Source of the DNA: the human T2T-CHM13v2.0 reference genome, Homo sapiens
Reading direction: 5' to 3' (one strand)
Length of the DNA stretch: 64,000 bases
Assembly: GCF_009914755.1 (NCBI RefSeq)
Contig: NC_060927.1
Made by a program: the position numbers and the translations under genes. This document shows positions 61,161 to 64,000 of this stretch, piece by piece. Positions within the stretch are counted from its first letter, which is position 1. Every line of letters begins with the position of its first letter. Below the pieces are notes generated by a model, which was given only the letters and a program-made list of their open reading frames with translations, searched no databases and was not told the DNA's origin.

Positions 61161-62599
61161 CTTACTAAAGAATTTTAAAATATATTTGAAAATGGGAAGG
61201 GGTGAACACAGCATAGAAACACCAAAGTAATACGTTAGTCAAACCCTCCAAAGTAGATAGAAAAACCCATTTGGAAACATATAACGTAATGATGAACATT
61301 CAAGAACAGAGACATTCTCATTGATAATCATCACCAGTGTGTGCACACAAGTCCAAACACATTTACTGTTTACATTTGCATTCCCCCAAAAGTGGAGCTA
61401 GAAACAAGGACTTGGGTGCAGATTAATTTACCTCAGAGGTGCTCATAAGAGAAAGAAGTAAGGGAGTGAGAAAAATGAAACAGAAAAGAGGAAGGCCGAT
61501 GAACTATGCATTAATAATAGTAACTGCATACTAGTGAGAACTAGCACTCAATCCCACAAGGGACTCTGAGAAACTGTGCAGAATAAAACTCAGAGGTGCC
61601 CCACAGAAGCACAGGAAGCCTGGAGCAATTACTCATCAACTCCCATCCCATCAAGATTGTGGGCTGATCTGGTAGCATCAGCTCTCCAGCTCTCCTGAGC
61701 TTCCTCATTGAGCAGCTTCCTTTGTACGACAACACCCCCAGCCTGCCCCCTCCCCCAGCTACCCTACTCCACCACCAGACCCCTTTTGCTCCCTGCAGTG
61801 TGTTTCCTCCATCACCTTCCTACGAGAACTTCAAGGCCTCTCCAGGTGTCAGGACCACCCAAAGGTCAAAGGAAGTCTGGGTGAGTTGGAGGTGGTAATA
61901 GATGAAACAAGATTGACCTTGAGTTGAGCTGATAATATTTGAAGCCCAGTGATGAGCACATGGGTTCATCACACTATTCCCTTTACTCATATATGTGTTT
62001 GAAACTTTCCATAACAAAAAGTTAAAAATAGATCTTTGCTGTGTCAGGGATGGAGGTTCTTTGCTAGGTCTCCCTTTCAGGAAAAAAAAAAAAAAATGCC
62101 ACTCAACCAGGAGAAATGAAATTGACTGACAGGTTCACTCCAAGGTTCACTCCAGCTTTCAAGTCAAGGTCTCATTCAGTCTGGGCCACCCCAGCCAATG
62201 GCCAAGTGCAGTGCAGGCATGAGAGCCTGGCCATTTCTGCACAATGGGGACTCCCAAGTGGGCAGTTCTTGCTCAGGAGCTCCCCACTGGGTCAGTGGAG
62301 ACCTTGTCAACACATCAATGCCCTGAGTTCTCCTGGCTCCTCCAGCTTCCTTCTCTCTTTCTGTTCACAGTGGTCAGGTGTGCATTGCAGTCTGCGGCCT
62401 TTCCCCACTGGATCCTACCTCCACCTCCTTTTCTTTCCCAAGTGCAGCTCCTCAATAACTCCATCTTGGCAACCATGTCCCAAAAGACCTAAACTGACAC
62501 AATTAAGATGCAGTTGCTTCCTTCCCTCCCAACCCCCTGAAAGCTCCAAAAATAATGAAATACATACCAGAGTTAAAAACATTGTACTATATTTAAATG

Positions 62600-63398
62600 T
62601 TTGCATATAATATATTAATGTTTTTCACACTAAAAATATACAATGGCTATGTATAAAACCTGATTTTGGAAATAATATCAAAAATTACACGTGTGGTCCT
62701 TTGGGGATACAAGGTCCAGCCAAGTGGCCATCCTCCCTTCCCACCCATGAGTAGGCCTGCCACATATCACAACCCTGGGAAACTCTCCAGGATCACCCAG
62801 GCTGGGATAGATGGCCTCTCATATGCTCCCCATAACACCCTGTTCTCTGTCACTAGATTACTACCTTGTGCTGGCACTGGCTGTAAACATTCTGCCCCAG
62901 CCTCTGCCTGCACCCTAACTCAGTAGTGAGAGGCTAGAGAGCCTGGCGCAGAGTAGGTAGGCACTCAGTAAATAATTTTGGATCAATCACTGAATGACTG
63001 ACTGAGGCATATGTCCCCAAAAGGACCCCAGATAGGAACCATCTCCACAGTGTTCCTGCAGTTTTATAAAAGGCTTGGGAAAAGAGAGTTAGTGACTCTT
63101 TTCAGTCTTGGGGGGATGTGGAGGTAGAGGAAGAAAACTACCTGGAGGTTCTATTTTAACCCTTTCTCAAGCCTGGGGACCTAGGGGCTCCTAGTCAGGC
63201 ACCTGTGGCCATCTACAGCAGGGCCCCTCACAGGTCAGGAGGGATGAGATCATATCCATTCCCTGCACTGCTTCTCTCCAAGAGGATGATCTCTTGGTTG
63301 TTTGTGAAGACAAGAGGCCCAGCAGCCTCTTCTGTTGAAGTGGACCTGAGCTGGCCCCAGCCAGGCTAACCCTCTAGCCAGCTAGCTTCTGGGGTGAA
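62600..63398 (-). other. DZIP1L: DZIP1L 3' UTR (distal boundary uncertain)
   Basis: Sequence downstream of the minus-strand TGA. No canonical AATAAA located, so the end is approximate. Confidence 0.45.
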
Positions 63399-63560
63399 TC
63401 ACCAGGCAGGGACCCTGGGTTGGCCAGAGCTCTGTGGACCAGTGCCAAACTTCTCTGGGAGCTTTGAGCGAGACAAGGGCTTGGGTTTCTCTCTCTGGTC
63501 CAGGTCCAGAGGAAGATCTTCCAAGGAGGAGATCTCCAAGTCACTCTCATCTTCAGAAAG
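63399..63560 (-). CDS. DZIP1L: DAZ-interacting zinc finger protein 1-like, last coding exon (C-terminal 53 aa)
   Basis: Minus-strand acceptor ttttcttctcccctttaccccctgcAG, then LSEDESDLEISSLEDLPLDLDQREKPKPLSRSKLPEKFGTGPQSSGQPRVPAW-TGA (162 nt). Recognised as the DZIP1L C-terminus; DZIP1L is the known convergent neighbour of CLDN18. Confidence 0.88.
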   Translation of the reverse strand, partial: LSEDESDLEISSLEDLPLDLDQREKPKPLSRSKLPEKFGTGPQSSGQPRVPAW

Positions 63561-64000
63561 CTGCAGGGGGTAAAGGGGAGAAGAAAATGCATTTTGATAA
63601 GGGAGGAGGGTGGCTGAGAGCTAAGCACATTGCAGGATGGGAATGCAGAATGGAAATGGGGACAAATGCAGACTGGGAAGAAAGCAATAGGGAGATGCTA
63701 CTCCTCCTGACTTCTCAAGTCTTCCTGCCTTTGAGAACCTGCTTTAGTGACCTGGGATCAGGGTGATTTCAAATACCCCTGAAATTCTACTAACCAAACC
63801 CAGGCAAGTGCCTTGGAAAGGCCTATGTGCAGAGAAGGTTGCTCTCATTTTCACTTCAACTTTGGGCAGATTTTTAACTCCCTCTTGGACAGAGCCAGAA
63901 GCCCAGAAACTCGACTGTTCCAAGTTCGCGAGCTGAATGCACTGTGGGCTAATGACCCGCCTCCTCTCAGACAGGTTCCCTCAGGTCTGGTAAACATCCT

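Noticed and set aside
63374-63628. 84-aa minus-strand ORF from the track
   Set aside because: Wrong frame; the acceptor-defined frame 63560-63399 gives the DZIP1L C-terminus.

Overview
Human (primate) genomic DNA rich in Alu, L1, MIR, LTR and DNA-transposon repeats. It contains the complete lung-type claudin-18 gene (CLDN18.1) on the + strand: five coding exons at 10886-11105, 24318-24482, 25267-25384, 30457-30567 and 31630-31801 join to 786 nt (261 aa + stop), and all four introns are GT-AG. A ~2.5 kb 3' UTR ends near 34310. The first ~10.8 kb is probably intron 1 of the stomach isoform CLDN18.2, whose first exon is not in the window. A repeat-rich ~28 kb intergenic region with a GGT-rich VNTR follows. 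The window ends in the last coding exon of the convergent gene DZIP1L (- strand, 63399-63560). I found no prokaryote-type system. The most unusual unexplained feature is a 72-bp, 93%-identical direct repeat flanking CLDN18 exon 4, each copy ending in a splice-acceptor-like motif. Other points of interest are the exon-5 cryptic donor, an in-frame stop in the intron-4 donor, an AluYa5 insertion, inverted Alus in the 3' UTR and a GATA/FOXA motif cluster in intron 1. Repeat subfamily names come from manual recognition and should be confirmed with RepeatMasker/Dfam.
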